A DNA stretch of 64,000 bases from an uncultured Gammaproteobacteria bacterium (lineage in GTDB: Bacteria > Patescibacteriota > Microgenomatia > UBA10105 > UBA927). The stretch's first letter is position 1; every line of letters starts with the position of its first letter. The DNA lies in assembly GCA_964629685.1 (NCBI GenBank), contig CAZVTT010000001.1, positions 705,319 through 769,318 of the forward strand, given 5' to 3'. The notes beneath the pieces were generated by a model that did not search any database, had not been told where the DNA came from, and saw only the letters and a list, made by a program, of their open reading frames with translations. The translations under genes and the position numbers were made by a program. This document shows positions 36,356-46,669 of the stretch, piece after piece.

Positions 36356-37096
36356 ATGAAAGGTGTAATTCTCGCCGGAGGACTTGCCACCAGACTTCGC
36401 CCATTAACGCTTGTAACCAACAAGCATTTACTTCCCGTGTATAACAAGCCCATGATTTATTACCCGTTGGAAGCCATGCAAAAGGCAGGGATTAAAGAAG
36501 TATTGTTAACGACGTCCGGTGACCATGTGGGTCACTTTGCCAATTTGCTCAAATCCGGAGATGATTTTGGTTTGCGGTTGTATTATGCGATTCAACAGAA
36601 CCCCAAAGGTGGTATAGCCGATGCGGTAGCGCTGGCGGAAGAATTCGCTCATGACGAACCGGTGCTCGTGTTATTAGGTGACAATATTTTTAACTTTAAT
36701 CTGGAAGCAGCCATAGCGGGATTCGAGAAGAACGGCGGTAAAGGCGCGATGGTGTTCGGTGTGCATAAAGATACGGAATCGCGGCAGTATGGCGTTATAG
36801 AAGTAGACGGATCGGGTAAAGTGCTGTCTATTGAAGAGAAACCGGAACATCCCAAGTCCGATATTGCCCAAACCGGAATTTATGTTTACGACAGTCGCGT
36901 GTTTGAACTTATTAAACAACTTGAACCTTCTAAACGCGGTGAGTTGGAAGTAACGGATTTAAATAATTTTTATCTGAAAGACAACAGTTTAACCTGTGAC
37001 ATTATTGATTGGTGGGTGGATGCAGGAACTTCCCATGAAGAATTACTGAGGGCCAGTAATGAAGTTGCCGAAATGGTCCAGAATGGGAAACTATGA
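36356..37096 (+). CDS. rmlA: Glucose-1-phosphate thymidylyltransferase-like nucleotidyltransferase
   Basis: GVILAGGLATRLRPLT, KHLLPVYNKPMIYYP, LGDN, EEKP, RGELEVTD and DAGT. AAGGAGG SD. Confidence 0.92.
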   Translation: MKGVILAGGLATRLRPLTLVTNKHLLPVYNKPMIYYPLEAMQKAGIKEVLLTTSGDHVGHFANLLKSGDDFGLRLYYAIQQNPKGGIADAVALAEEFAHDEPVLVLLGDNIFNFNLEAAIAGFEKNGGKGAMVFGVHKDTESRQYGVIEVDGSGKVLSIEEKPEHPKSDIAQTGIYVYDSRVFELIKQLEPSKRGELEVTDLNNFYLKDNSLTCDIIDWWVDAGTSHEELLRASNEVAEMVQNGKL

Positions 37097-37566
37097 TTAC
37101 CGGAGTGGTAGTAAAAAAATTAGTCCGTCACCCTGACGAACGTGGCTATTTTGAAGAAATGATCAGAAATACCGACCCTTTTTTCCGTGAAGGATTCGGA
37201 CAGGTATCACATTCGCATATGGTAGACGGGGTCGTAAAGGCTTGGCATATCCATAAAACGCAAATAGATTGGTGGTATGTCGTAGCCGGTACAATCAAGG
37301 CGGTAGTATACGATGCCCGCAAAGACTCTGATACGTATAAACGAACGCAGGAATTCGTCATGGGTGAGAATGGGGAGGCGATAGTACTAAAAATTCCACC
37401 GGGCGTGGCACACGGATTAAAAGTAGTGGCGGGACCAGCCGATTTGGTATATGTCACCAGTTCTATTTATACTCCCGACGAAGAAGGCCGAATCCCTTAC
37501 GATGATAAGGAAATCGGATATGATTGGGTACAGGGTAAGCCGATAAGTAATAAAAAAATTACCTAG
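37093..37566 (+). CDS. rmlC: dTDP-4-dehydrorhamnose 3,5-epimerase
   Basis: DERGYFEE, KAWHIH, YDARKDS and IPPGVAHG. Confidence 0.9.
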   Translation: MITGVVVKKLVRHPDERGYFEEMIRNTDPFFREGFGQVSHSHMVDGVVKAWHIHKTQIDWWYVVAGTIKAVVYDARKDSDTYKRTQEFVMGENGEAIVLKIPPGVAHGLKVVAGPADLVYVTSSIYTPDEEGRIPYDDKEIGYDWVQGKPISNKKIT

Positions 37567-37581
37567 CAAACCGGTGAATTC

Positions 37582-38793
37582 ATGCCAAAACCTCATAAGC
37601 AGTCAACTTCGGCTGACGAAGTAAAATTCCCTCTGAAAAAAGTACTGGTGTTACTGTCTATCTGGAAAGTAGCATTACTCTGTTTTGCATGGTTGGGAAC
37701 GAAAGTCCTGACGTTGCAAACAATGTTTTTACCAGTACCGGATTTGCGCAGCGGTGTACCGTTTGGTCAATGGGTATGGGCAAATATGGACGGTGACCAC
37801 TACACCCGTATTGCCCGATGGGGGTACGCGGGAGGCCAACATATTTTTTTTCCGCTACTGCCGATTGCTATTCAATTTACCCATACTATTACCGGACTGC
37901 CGTATATTTCCAGTGGGCTGCTGGCGACACACGTTTTATTCCTTACCGCACTTTGGTTTGTCTATAAATTGTTAAAAGTTGAAGGTCAGCGGGCGCTGTT
38001 TCCCGTATTGTTACTTATAATTCTTTGCTTTCCGACATCCGGTTTTTACACAGCCATATATACGGATTCTATTTTCTTCCTGATGGCGACCATGACGATT
38101 TATTTCGGGCGAACCAGGCAATTTTGGCTGGCAGGATTAACCGGCTTTTTGGCGGGAATGACCAGATTAAACGGACTGGCACTCATCGGATACATCGGTA
38201 TTGAATATCTTTTCGGAGAAGTAGATGTATTTACTGTCGGATTCAAACACGTCATTGCAGCGATAAAAAGACAGTTACATCCGAAAACTTTGATGACAAG
38301 TGGCGCACTATTGGCAATCGGACCGGCTTTCGGACTCTTTATGTATTTATGGTATACCCAACAACAATACGGGGATTGGTATCTGGTATTTTCGGATGCG
38401 TCTATTTGGGGCAGGCAGCATATGGTATTTCCGCTGCAGACGTTCTGGCGCTATATCAAAATACTTTTTCTTTCTGATCACACTACATTTGTGTACTGGG
38501 TGGCCATATACGAACTTCTTTCAACGGTGTTTTATTTTGCTATTCTTGGGTGGTCGTGGAAAAAAATCAGAATTTCCTATTGGTGTTATACCTTATTTTA
38601 TTTACTGATCCCGTTAAGTACAGGCACTCTTCAAGGTATGAACAGATACGGATTGCATTTATTTCCGTTTTTTTTCGGATTGGCTTTGCTTTTTAAACGG
38701 TATCCCCGTTGGCTTTGGGTATATTGTGGCATCGGAATATTGCTACTCGCATTAACCGTGATGGCGTATACCCGTGGCTATTTTATTGCGTAA
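37582..38793 (+). CDS. PIG-V/GPI mannosyltransferase 2-like GT-C protein
   Basis: WANMDGDHYTRIARWGY, FFPLLP, FPT...YTDSIF, TRLNG and MNRY. Confidence 0.8.
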   Translation: MPKPHKQSTSADEVKFPLKKVLVLLSIWKVALLCFAWLGTKVLTLQTMFLPVPDLRSGVPFGQWVWANMDGDHYTRIARWGYAGGQHIFFPLLPIAIQFTHTITGLPYISSGLLATHVLFLTALWFVYKLLKVEGQRALFPVLLLIILCFPTSGFYTAIYTDSIFFLMATMTIYFGRTRQFWLAGLTGFLAGMTRLNGLALIGYIGIEYLFGEVDVFTVGFKHVIAAIKRQLHPKTLMTSGALLAIGPAFGLFMYLWYTQQQYGDWYLVFSDASIWGRQHMVFPLQTFWRYIKILFLSDHTTFVYWVAIYELLSTVFYFAILGWSWKKIRISYWCYTLFYLLIPLSTGTLQGMNRYGLHLFPFFFGLALLFKRYPRWLWVYCGIGILLLALTVMAYTRGYFIA

Positions 38794-38822
38794 GACTGCG
38801 TGTTCCTGTTACTATACTGACT

Positions 38823-39839
38823 ATGAAACTACTCGTAACCGGCGGTGCCGGATTTATCGGTTCTAACTTTATTCTGTATTGGTTGGAACAGCATCCGGAA
38901 GATAGTATCGTTAATTTTGACGCGCTGACGTATGCCGGCAATCTGGAAAATCTCGTTTCGGTTAAAGACAATCCGCATTATACTTTTATAAAAGGTGACA
39001 TTTGCGACCGAGAGGCTGTACTGCAGGTCATGCAGGGAATTGATTGCGTGGTACATTTTGCAGCGGAAAGTCATGTGGACCGTTCAATTCTTGATCCGTC
39101 AGCGTTTGTCAGGACGAACGTGTTGGGTACGGACGTACTATTATCCGTAAGTAAAGAAATAGGGGTAAAACGTTTCCATCATGTGTCTACGGATGAAGTA
39201 TTCGGTGCACTGCCTTTGGGTACCACCGATAAATTTTCAGAAACTACCGCATATAATCCCCACAGTCCGTATTCCGCCAGTAAAGCCGGTTCGGACCATT
39301 TAGTACGGGCATATGCAGATACATACGGATTGCCGGTTACGATTACGAATTGTTCGAATAACTTCGGACCCTACCAATTCCCGGAAAAATTGATTCCCCT
39401 TGCCATTACCAATCTGTTGGAAGGGAAAAAAGTACCGGTATACGGAGATGGATTATATGTACGTGATTGGTTGTTTGTGGAAGACCATTGCCGCGGTATA
39501 GCAGCAGTGCTGGAAAAAGGTAAGTTAGGGGAAACATATTGCCTCGGTGGTATGACCGATGATGTGAGTAATTTGGATTTGATAAAAATGATTTTGGCGT
39601 TTATGGGTAAAAGTGAAGATCAGATTGAATACGTAAAAGACAGACCCGGACACGATCGGCGGTATGCCATAGACTGGTCAAAAAGTAAAAATGAATTAGG
39701 TTGGGAACCTCAGCATGACGTAAAAACCTGGATGGAAAAAACTGTGACTTGGTACCAACAACATCGTGATTGGTGGCAGAACGTTAAAACAGGTGCGTAT
39801 CAAACCTACTATAAACAACAATACGGAGGAAAAGTATGA
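38823..39839 (+). CDS. rmlB: dTDP-glucose 4,6-dehydratase
   Basis: VTGGAGFIGSNF, LTYAGN, FAAESHVDRSI, STDEV, YSASK and DRPGHDRRY. Start ATG 38823. Confidence 0.96.
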   Translation: MKLLVTGGAGFIGSNFILYWLEQHPEDSIVNFDALTYAGNLENLVSVKDNPHYTFIKGDICDREAVLQVMQGIDCVVHFAAESHVDRSILDPSAFVRTNVLGTDVLLSVSKEIGVKRFHHVSTDEVFGALPLGTTDKFSETTAYNPHSPYSASKAGSDHLVRAYADTYGLPVTITNCSNNFGPYQFPEKLIPLAITNLLEGKKVPVYGDGLYVRDWLFVEDHCRGIAAVLEKGKLGETYCLGGMTDDVSNLDLIKMILAFMGKSEDQIEYVKDRPGHDRRYAIDWSKSKNELGWEPQHDVKTWMEKTVTWYQQHRDWWQNVKTGAYQTYYKQQYGGKV

Positions 39840-40693
39840 AAATTCTGGGTACGGGACTATCGGGATTAGTCGGCGGACGTATAGTGGAGGTATTGCAGGA
39901 TCGTTATGAATTTGAAAACTTAAGTCTGGAAACGGGTGTGGATATTACTAAACCCGGGGTTGTGGATGAGTATGTTTCCAAATCGGAAGCTCCCTGGGTC
40001 TGGCATTTCGCAGCCAGAACGGATGTAGATGGAATAGAGGCCGAAAAAGTCCAGGGTGAACATAGCTTAACCTGGACGGTAAACGTAAAAGCGACGGAGC
40101 ATATAGTGGAGGCGTGTAAAAAATACGGGAAACGATTGCTCTATTTGTCGACCGACTTCGTTTTTGACGGCACCCATCCCACGTATACTGAAGACGATAA
40201 ACCAAATCCGCAAAGTTGGTACGCCCAAACGAAATATGAAGGTGAGCAGCGTGTACTGAGTTTGGGTGACCACGGACTGGTCGTTCGTATCGCCAACCCG
40301 TATCGTACTCCTTGGAGCGGGAAACCGGATTTTATTCAGCGGATAGTGGCCAGACTGGAAGCGAAACAACCGGTAAACGTTCCGGCCGGTCAATTGTTTA
40401 TTCCCACGTTTATAGATGATATTGCTATGGCCATAGATGCACTTATGACCCATACCGGAAACGGTATTTATCATGCAGTCGGCAGCGAAGCGTTAACGCC
40501 TTTGGCTGTTGTAGAGGCCTTAACCGTTGCCTATAAGATTACTCAGGCGGATATTAGTCAGGTGCCGTTTACCCAATATTTTGCCGGGCGTGCACCCAGA
40601 CCTTTCCAGGCAGTGCTGAGTAATGCTAAAATAACCAAATTAGGTCTTCACATGTCGACCTTCAGTGAAGGTCTGCGGAAGATACGTGTATAA
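39836..40693 (+). CDS. rmlD: dTDP-4-dehydrorhamnose reductase family SDR
   Basis: GTGLSGLVG, AARTDVD, STDFVFDG, YAQTK and APRP. Confidence 0.88.
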   Translation: MKILGTGLSGLVGGRIVEVLQDRYEFENLSLETGVDITKPGVVDEYVSKSEAPWVWHFAARTDVDGIEAEKVQGEHSLTWTVNVKATEHIVEACKKYGKRLLYLSTDFVFDGTHPTYTEDDKPNPQSWYAQTKYEGEQRVLSLGDHGLVVRIANPYRTPWSGKPDFIQRIVARLEAKQPVNVPAGQLFIPTFIDDIAMAIDALMTHTGNGIYHAVGSEALTPLAVVEALTVAYKITQADISQVPFTQYFAGRAPRPFQAVLSNAKITKLGLHMSTFSEGLRKIRV

Positions 40694-40726
40694 TCAATCA
40701 CGCCCGTTAAAGGAGGAAAGTATTGT

Positions 40727-42025
40727 ATGACTATTACGTTTATCGGTCACGGCTATGTAGGTCTAGTGACTGCTGCAGTTTTTGCTGATCTGGGAAATAC
40801 CGTTTGGGTAGTTGGCCGCACAAAAGAGAAAATAGAAAAACTGAAAAAGGGTATTGCCCCTTTTTATGAACCGGGATTGGCCGAGCTCGTGAAGCGGAAT
40901 GTTGACGCCAAACGATTAATCTTTACCCTGGATTATAAAGAAGCTGTCGTTCCCTCTTCCATTATTTTTATTGCCGTCGGAACTCCGCCGAAAGCCACCG
41001 GTGAAGCTGATCTTTCCAGTGTGTTTAGTGCGGCGGAGGATATCGGAAAGTCACTGGTCGGATATAAGGTTGTCGTTACCAAAAGTACCGTTCCTCCGGG
41101 TACCAACCGGAAAGTCGGAGATATATTGCAGAAAGTTAAACCGGAAGGTGCAACATTTGCTATTGCTTCGTGTCCGGAGTTTTTACGCGAGGGTACAGCT
41201 ATAGCCGATACCATGCATCCCGACCGGGTAGTAATCGGAACAACGTCAGACAGGGCCAAACAGCTGTTATTGGATTTACACAAATCCATAGACGGTAAAA
41301 CGGTTTTGTGTAATGTAGAAACGGCAGAGTTAATAAAATATGCCTCAAACTCGTTGTTGTCCACCAAAATTTCGTTTGCCAATGCTATTGCGTTTTTGGC
41401 CGAAAAAGTAGGTGCAGATGCTGAGCGGGTATTGGAGGGTGTGGGTCTGGATCGTCGCTTAGGGCGGAGCTTCCTCTATCCTGGAGTTGGATACGGCGGC
41501 AGCTGTTTCCCGAAAGACGTAAAAGCGCTCATTGCCTTGGCAACACAATATGATTATGACTTTAAACTGCTTAAGTCCGTGGATGAGATAAATAAAGAAG
41601 CAGTCCGTCATTTTATAGATAAAATAATCCGTCAGTATGGTGCGGGTATAAAAAAATCGACGTTTGCCATTCTGGGATTATCATTTAAACCCGATACCGA
41701 CGATATGCGCGAAGCACCGTCTATCGTGGTCATAAATGAATTGCTGAAGAAGGGTGCAAAAGTGGTGGTATATGATCCTATTGCCATGGAAAACGCAAAA
41801 ACGGTACTTCCTAAAGGTATCACCTACGCCAAAGATGCATATAGCGCTGCTAAAGGTGCAGACGGCGTAGTGGTTCTGACCGAATGGAACGAATTCCGGC
41901 AATTGGATTTGGTGAAACTAGCAAAAGGTCTGAATTCCTTAGTCTTATTTGACGGAAGAAACATATATGAGCCGGAAACCGTAAAGAAGCTTGGGTATAC
42001 ATATTTCGGTGTCGGCAGAATGTAA
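40727..42025 (+). CDS. ugd: UDP-glucose/GDP-mannose 6-dehydrogenase
   Basis: GHGYVG, IAVGTP, KSTVPPG, PEFLREG, GYGGSCFPKD, FKPDTDDMRE and DGRN. AAGGAGG SD. Confidence 0.95.
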   Translation: MTITFIGHGYVGLVTAAVFADLGNTVWVVGRTKEKIEKLKKGIAPFYEPGLAELVKRNVDAKRLIFTLDYKEAVVPSSIIFIAVGTPPKATGEADLSSVFSAAEDIGKSLVGYKVVVTKSTVPPGTNRKVGDILQKVKPEGATFAIASCPEFLREGTAIADTMHPDRVVIGTTSDRAKQLLLDLHKSIDGKTVLCNVETAELIKYASNSLLSTKISFANAIAFLAEKVGADAERVLEGVGLDRRLGRSFLYPGVGYGGSCFPKDVKALIALATQYDYDFKLLKSVDEINKEAVRHFIDKIIRQYGAGIKKSTFAILGLSFKPDTDDMREAPSIVVINELLKKGAKVVVYDPIAMENAKTVLPKGITYAKDAYSAAKGADGVVVLTEWNEFRQLDLVKLAKGLNSLVLFDGRNIYEPETVKKLGYTYFGVGRM

Positions 42026-42109
42026 AGATTGGTATAAGATGGTATTAACAAACCCGTTAAGAAGCGGTTTGCGAAACTGGTGTTTGCAAACGTTTCTGGA
42101 AAGGTATTT

Positions 42110-43066
42110 ATGGCAAAACGAGCCTTAATTACAGGAATTGCAGGATTTGTAGGGAGCCACTTGGCTGAATTGCTTATCCAGGAAGGATATGAAATTCATG
42201 GGCTGTGCCGTCCCCGCAGCAAAATGGATCATATAGAGTCCATTAGCGGTAAATTGCATCTGGAAGATGCTGATTTATTGGATTCACATAGTCTGTATAC
42301 GACCCTTTCACGGATAAAACCGGATTATATTTTCCATTTGGCTGCACAGTCATTCGTTCCCACATCATGGGTGTCACCATCCGTTACTTTGGAAGTGAAC
42401 ATTGTCGGTTCGGCAAATTTATTTGAAGCCGTTCGTCAGGCGGACATTGACCCGGTTATTCAGATTGCCTGTTCCTCAGAAGAGTACGGTTTGGTACACG
42501 AAGACGAAGTGCCGATTACGGAAAATAATCCGTTGCGGCCGTTGAGTCCATATGCAGTTTCCAAAGTGGCGATGGATTATTTGGGATACCAATATTATCA
42601 ATCGTACAAAGTAAAAATAGTACGCACCCGCGGATTTAATCATACCGGTCCACGAAGGGGCGAAACGTTTGCGGAATCAAATTTTGCCAAACAAATCGCC
42701 ATGATAGAAAAAGGTAAACAGGATCCGGTAATTCATGTGGGGAATTTGGATGCTAAGCGGGATTATACGGATGTACGCGATATGGTTCGTGCCTATCTTT
42801 TAGCCGTGCAGAAATGCGATCCGGGTGATGTGTACAACATCTGTACGGGGAAGGCTATCCGCATCGGTGACATGTTGGACATGTTGCTTTCTTACAGCAA
42901 AATAAAGGTAGACGTAAAACCGGATCCCTCCAGAATGCGGCCGTCAGATGTGCCGGTTTTGATTGGTGATAATTCAAAATTTGTCGCCAAGACAGGTTGG
43001 AAAGACACAGTGCCATTTGAGAAAACCATGGAAGATCTCCTGAATTATTGGCGGGAACGGGTTTAA
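42110..43066 (+). CDS. GDP-mannose 4,6-dehydratase / GDP-4-keto-6-deoxymannose reductase (Rmd-like) SDR
   Basis: ITGIAGFVG, HLAAQSFV, CSSEEYG, YAVSK, FNHTGP and RDYTDVRD. Start ATG 42110. Confidence 0.85.
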   Translation: MAKRALITGIAGFVGSHLAELLIQEGYEIHGLCRPRSKMDHIESISGKLHLEDADLLDSHSLYTTLSRIKPDYIFHLAAQSFVPTSWVSPSVTLEVNIVGSANLFEAVRQADIDPVIQIACSSEEYGLVHEDEVPITENNPLRPLSPYAVSKVAMDYLGYQYYQSYKVKIVRTRGFNHTGPRRGETFAESNFAKQIAMIEKGKQDPVIHVGNLDAKRDYTDVRDMVRAYLLAVQKCDPGDVYNICTGKAIRIGDMLDMLLSYSKIKVDVKPDPSRMRPSDVPVLIGDNSKFVAKTGWKDTVPFEKTMEDLLNYWRERV

Positions 43067-43075
43067 CGCAGATAT

Positions 43076-44185
43076 ATGCACGTAGTTGTAATTCTACCCA
43101 CGTTCAACGAGCGTGAGAATATTGAGCTAATGCTCAACACGCTGATGGATGTGACTAAGGGTATACATGGTCATACCTTCTCGGTGTTGGTGGTGGACGA
43201 TAATTCCCCCGACGGAACCCAGGATGTAGTAAAGTCGTACCAAAAATCTCACAAGCAGGTCCAATTGTTAACCGGTGCTAAAGAGGGTTTGGGCCGGGCG
43301 CTTTTGCGGGGTATGACATATGCGGTAGATGAGATGAAAGCCGATATCCTGCTGCAGTTAGACGCGGATTTATCGCATAATCCTGCCGATATAAAAAAGT
43401 TTATAGCGGCGATAGATACGGGTGCGGATTTTGTGGTCGGCAGCCGCTATATCCCGGGCGGATCTATTCCGGAAAACTGGGGGATAAACAGAAAAATTTA
43501 CAGCATTATCGGTAATTCCATCGTCCGCTTCGGTTTGGGCTATCCATCGGTTCATGATTGGACCGGAGGATTTCGGGCGTTTTCGGCAAAATACTTTCAG
43601 GCCGTGAAACACAAAATGCATTCATATAGCGGGTATGTGTATCAAATTGCATTCTTGCATAAATCCATTCAGGAAGGTGCCCAGGTTACGGAAGTACCGA
43701 TTCACTTTACCGATCGACGTTACGGACATTCAAAAATCGCGCCATCTGAATATATCCGTAAAGTATTTGAATACGTTATCCGTCAGCGGGTAAAGCGGAC
43801 TATACGCGGATCATTTGGAAAATTTTTGGTCGTGGGATCAATCGGTTTCGTAATAAACACTATAATTTTGGAAATTATGGTGCATTCCGGATTCCATCCT
43901 TCGGTAGGAAGTGCCATTGGAGCGGAATTTGCAATTGTTTCTAATTTTTTTCTGAATAATGCCTGGACCTTCCGTCATAAAAAGGCTAATGGTTCGGGAA
44001 CTATGCTGCGAAAATTGTTAAAGTTTAACACGACCTCATTCGGTGCCATATTGCTGCAGGCCGTAACGGTATATATCGGTACGCATTTGATCGGTGTCGA
44101 GTTCTACCGTGTATTTTATTTAATGGGTATCGGTTTCGGTTTGGTTTGGAATTATTGGATGTACTCCCGGGTAATTTGGAAATAA
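43076..44185 (+). CDS. Polyprenol-monophosphomannose synthase-like GT2 fused to GtrA domain
   Basis: LPTFNERENI, DDNSPDGT, DADLSH, GSRY and DWTGGFR. C-terminal KFLVVG...NFFLNNAWTF...WNY is GtrA-like. Confidence 0.9.
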   Translation: MHVVVILPTFNERENIELMLNTLMDVTKGIHGHTFSVLVVDDNSPDGTQDVVKSYQKSHKQVQLLTGAKEGLGRALLRGMTYAVDEMKADILLQLDADLSHNPADIKKFIAAIDTGADFVVGSRYIPGGSIPENWGINRKIYSIIGNSIVRFGLGYPSVHDWTGGFRAFSAKYFQAVKHKMHSYSGYVYQIAFLHKSIQEGAQVTEVPIHFTDRRYGHSKIAPSEYIRKVFEYVIRQRVKRTIRGSFGKFLVVGSIGFVINTIILEIMVHSGFHPSVGSAIGAEFAIVSNFFLNNAWTFRHKKANGSGTMLRKLLKFNTTSFGAILLQAVTVYIGTHLIGVEFYRVFYLMGIGFGLVWNYWMYSRVIWK

Positions 44186-44237
44186 TATAGTAGTACCCGA
44201 TGCAGCGGCGGGACGATTTACCCGAAAAAGCCGACAT

Positions 44238-45914
44238 ATGCGGAAATATCTTGCGACAGTTAAACATATTCTTGGCGCTACTTCGACACGGACACTTTTT
44301 GTATTACTGCTGATACTGGCCGCAGCCGCTTTCTTACGGTTATATCGTATATCGGAGTATCTGACATTCTTGGGTGATGAGGGTCGCGATGTGCTGGTGG
44401 TAAAGCGCATAATCGTGGACGGAAAATTAACCCTGTTGGGTCCGACAGCGTCCGTGGGCGGATTTTTTTTGGGACCGCTGTATTACTACTTTATGGCGCC
44501 GTTCCTTTGGCTTTGGCGCCTGGATCCTACCGGTCCGGCAGTTATGGTGGCAATGTTCGGAGTCGCGACGGTATGGTTGGTTTATAGAGTGGGAAGGGCA
44601 TGGTTTTCTGAATCAGTTGGTTTATTTGCGGCGGGTCTTTACGCAGTATCACCGCTTACGATAGCCTATTCCCGATCTTCATGGAATCCGAATTTAGTAC
44701 CGTTTTTTTCTTTAGCAACAATGGCCTTGCTGTGGTATATGGCGGTAAAAAGAAACCCACGCTGGTGGTTCGTAATCGGGATGCTATTGGGTATGGGGCT
44801 CCAGTTCCATTATTTATTTTTGTTTTTATTTCCGGTAGTAGGTTTCTGGTTTATCGGACTACTGTTCTTTACCAAAAAATCCACGGACAAAAAAACGTTT
44901 TCCTGGAAAGAACGCATAGTTTCTTTTCTGACAGGAGTTGGCGGATTCCTGGTCGGAAATTCACTTTTTTTATTATTTGAATTGCGTCATGGTTTTCCCA
45001 ATGTCCGATCGATTATACGATTTCTGGGGGAAGGCAAAGATACCGGATTTTCCTGGACAACATTTATTCAGAATTGCTCAGAAGTCACGTTCCGTCTGTT
45101 CGGTAGATTATTGTACCGGTTACCGTCCGGTGAAATGTGGCATTTATACCCGGATTGGCAAACTCAACTTTGGCAACAGGTTACCTGGATTACCGTATTC
45201 GGAACTCTGGCATTGTCTGTATGGCTGGCGCTCGGTTCCGTAACCTGGTGGGGAAAACGGTTAACATTAAATGCCGTACAAATGAGACGTCTGCAACTTG
45301 CAGCACGATTATTACTATTATGGTTCGGCACGGTAATTATTTTATTCGGGTTTTACAAGCGCGGCATTTACGATTATTATTTTGGATTGTTCTTTGCATT
45401 ACCGTTTTTACTTCTGGCGGTAACCGCAGGAGTCCTCTGGCGCTGGCTGTATTCCTGGCGGGTAGGCAGTGCAGTTAAGTTGTATTGGGTAATACCGCTT
45501 GTATGGTTCGGATTACTTTGGTTTAACTGGCAAGGACGGCCTTTTTTGTATCCGCCGAACAATCAACTTGAACAAACTAAACGGATTGCCCGAGCGGCAG
45601 TCGATAAAGCGGAAGGAAAACCGTTTAACTTCGCGCTGATCACTGCGACGAATTCCGACCATGCGTACCGATACTTTTTTGAGATTTGGGGACACAAACC
45701 TGTTACGATTGAAAACACGGATGTTGATCCGGAGCGGAAATCGGTAACCGATCAGTTAATAATTATTTGTGAAGATACCGGTTGTCAGCCTCTTGGACAT
45801 CCGCTATGGGAAGTGGCAGGTTTCGGCCGGGCGGAAAAAGCCGGAGAGTGGGAAGTACCGTACGTTAAAGTATTCCGGATGGTTCATTATGTAGAACCTG
45901 CTAAATCATTATGA
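44238..45914 (+). CDS. ArnT/GT39-like GT-C glycosyltransferase
   Basis: FLRLY...LGDEGRD, LLGP, GPLYYY and YSRSSWNPN, with many TMs. Confidence 0.85.
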   Translation: MRKYLATVKHILGATSTRTLFVLLLILAAAAFLRLYRISEYLTFLGDEGRDVLVVKRIIVDGKLTLLGPTASVGGFFLGPLYYYFMAPFLWLWRLDPTGPAVMVAMFGVATVWLVYRVGRAWFSESVGLFAAGLYAVSPLTIAYSRSSWNPNLVPFFSLATMALLWYMAVKRNPRWWFVIGMLLGMGLQFHYLFLFLFPVVGFWFIGLLFFTKKSTDKKTFSWKERIVSFLTGVGGFLVGNSLFLLFELRHGFPNVRSIIRFLGEGKDTGFSWTTFIQNCSEVTFRLFGRLLYRLPSGEMWHLYPDWQTQLWQQVTWITVFGTLALSVWLALGSVTWWGKRLTLNAVQMRRLQLAARLLLLWFGTVIILFGFYKRGIYDYYFGLFFALPFLLLAVTAGVLWRWLYSWRVGSAVKLYWVIPLVWFGLLWFNWQGRPFLYPPNNQLEQTKRIARAAVDKAEGKPFNFALITATNSDHAYRYFFEIWGHKPVTIENTDVDPERKSVTDQLIIICEDTGCQPLGHPLWEVAGFGRAEKAGEWEVPYVKVFRMVHYVEPAKSL

Positions 45915-46660
45915 AACCCTATTTATCGGTAGTTATACCTGCATATAACGAAGAAAAAAACATCCGGTTAGGTGCCTTGGATAAAGTGTCGCGGTATTTG
46001 GAGCACCAAACGTTTTCGTGGGAAGTATTGATGGTAAATGACGGTTCAAGTGACGATACGAACGCGCTGCTTTCGGCTTTTGCACAAATGAATAAAGGTT
46101 TTTCAGTAATTAACGATCCCCATCGGGGGAAAGCTGCAACCGTAATGAGCGGAATGTTAAAAGCACAGGGCGAAATTGTCTTATTCACGGATTTGGACCA
46201 GGCGACGCCGTTAACGGAAGTGGAAAAATTACTTCCCTGGTTTTCGCAGGGGTATGATGTTGTTATCGGTTCCCGTAGTTCCAGGCGGGCAGGAGCTCCT
46301 TTTCTGCGCAGGTTTATTTCGCGTGGATTTATTTTATTGAGGAGATTAATATTGGGACTCCGGCGGATTTCCGATACGCAGTGTGGGTTTAAAGCGTTCA
46401 GACGAGAGGTGGCTGCCGAAATTTTCCATAAAATAAAGCTATATCGTGATATGCAAACGGTAAGCGGATCTATGGTGACAGCCGGGTTTGATATTGAAGT
46501 TTTATTTTTAGCGAAACAACTGGGATATAAAATAAAGGAAGTTCCGGTTGAATGGCATTATGTAGAAACCAGAAGGGTAAATCCGATAAAAGACTCCATT
46601 CAGGGTTTACTGGATATTATCCGGATCCGGATTAATGCTACCAGAGGACTTTACCGCTAA
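45911..46660 (+). CDS. Dolichyl/polyprenyl-phosphate glucosyltransferase-like GT2
   Basis: VIPAYNEE, NDGSSD, FTDLDQATP, DTQCGFK and FDIE. Confidence 0.9.
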   Translation: MKPYLSVVIPAYNEEKNIRLGALDKVSRYLEHQTFSWEVLMVNDGSSDDTNALLSAFAQMNKGFSVINDPHRGKAATVMSGMLKAQGEIVLFTDLDQATPLTEVEKLLPWFSQGYDVVIGSRSSRRAGAPFLRRFISRGFILLRRLILGLRRISDTQCGFKAFRREVAAEIFHKIKLYRDMQTVSGSMVTAGFDIEVLFLAKQLGYKIKEVPVEWHYVETRRVNPIKDSIQGLLDIIRIRINATRGLYR

Positions 46661-46669
46661 AAACGATTC

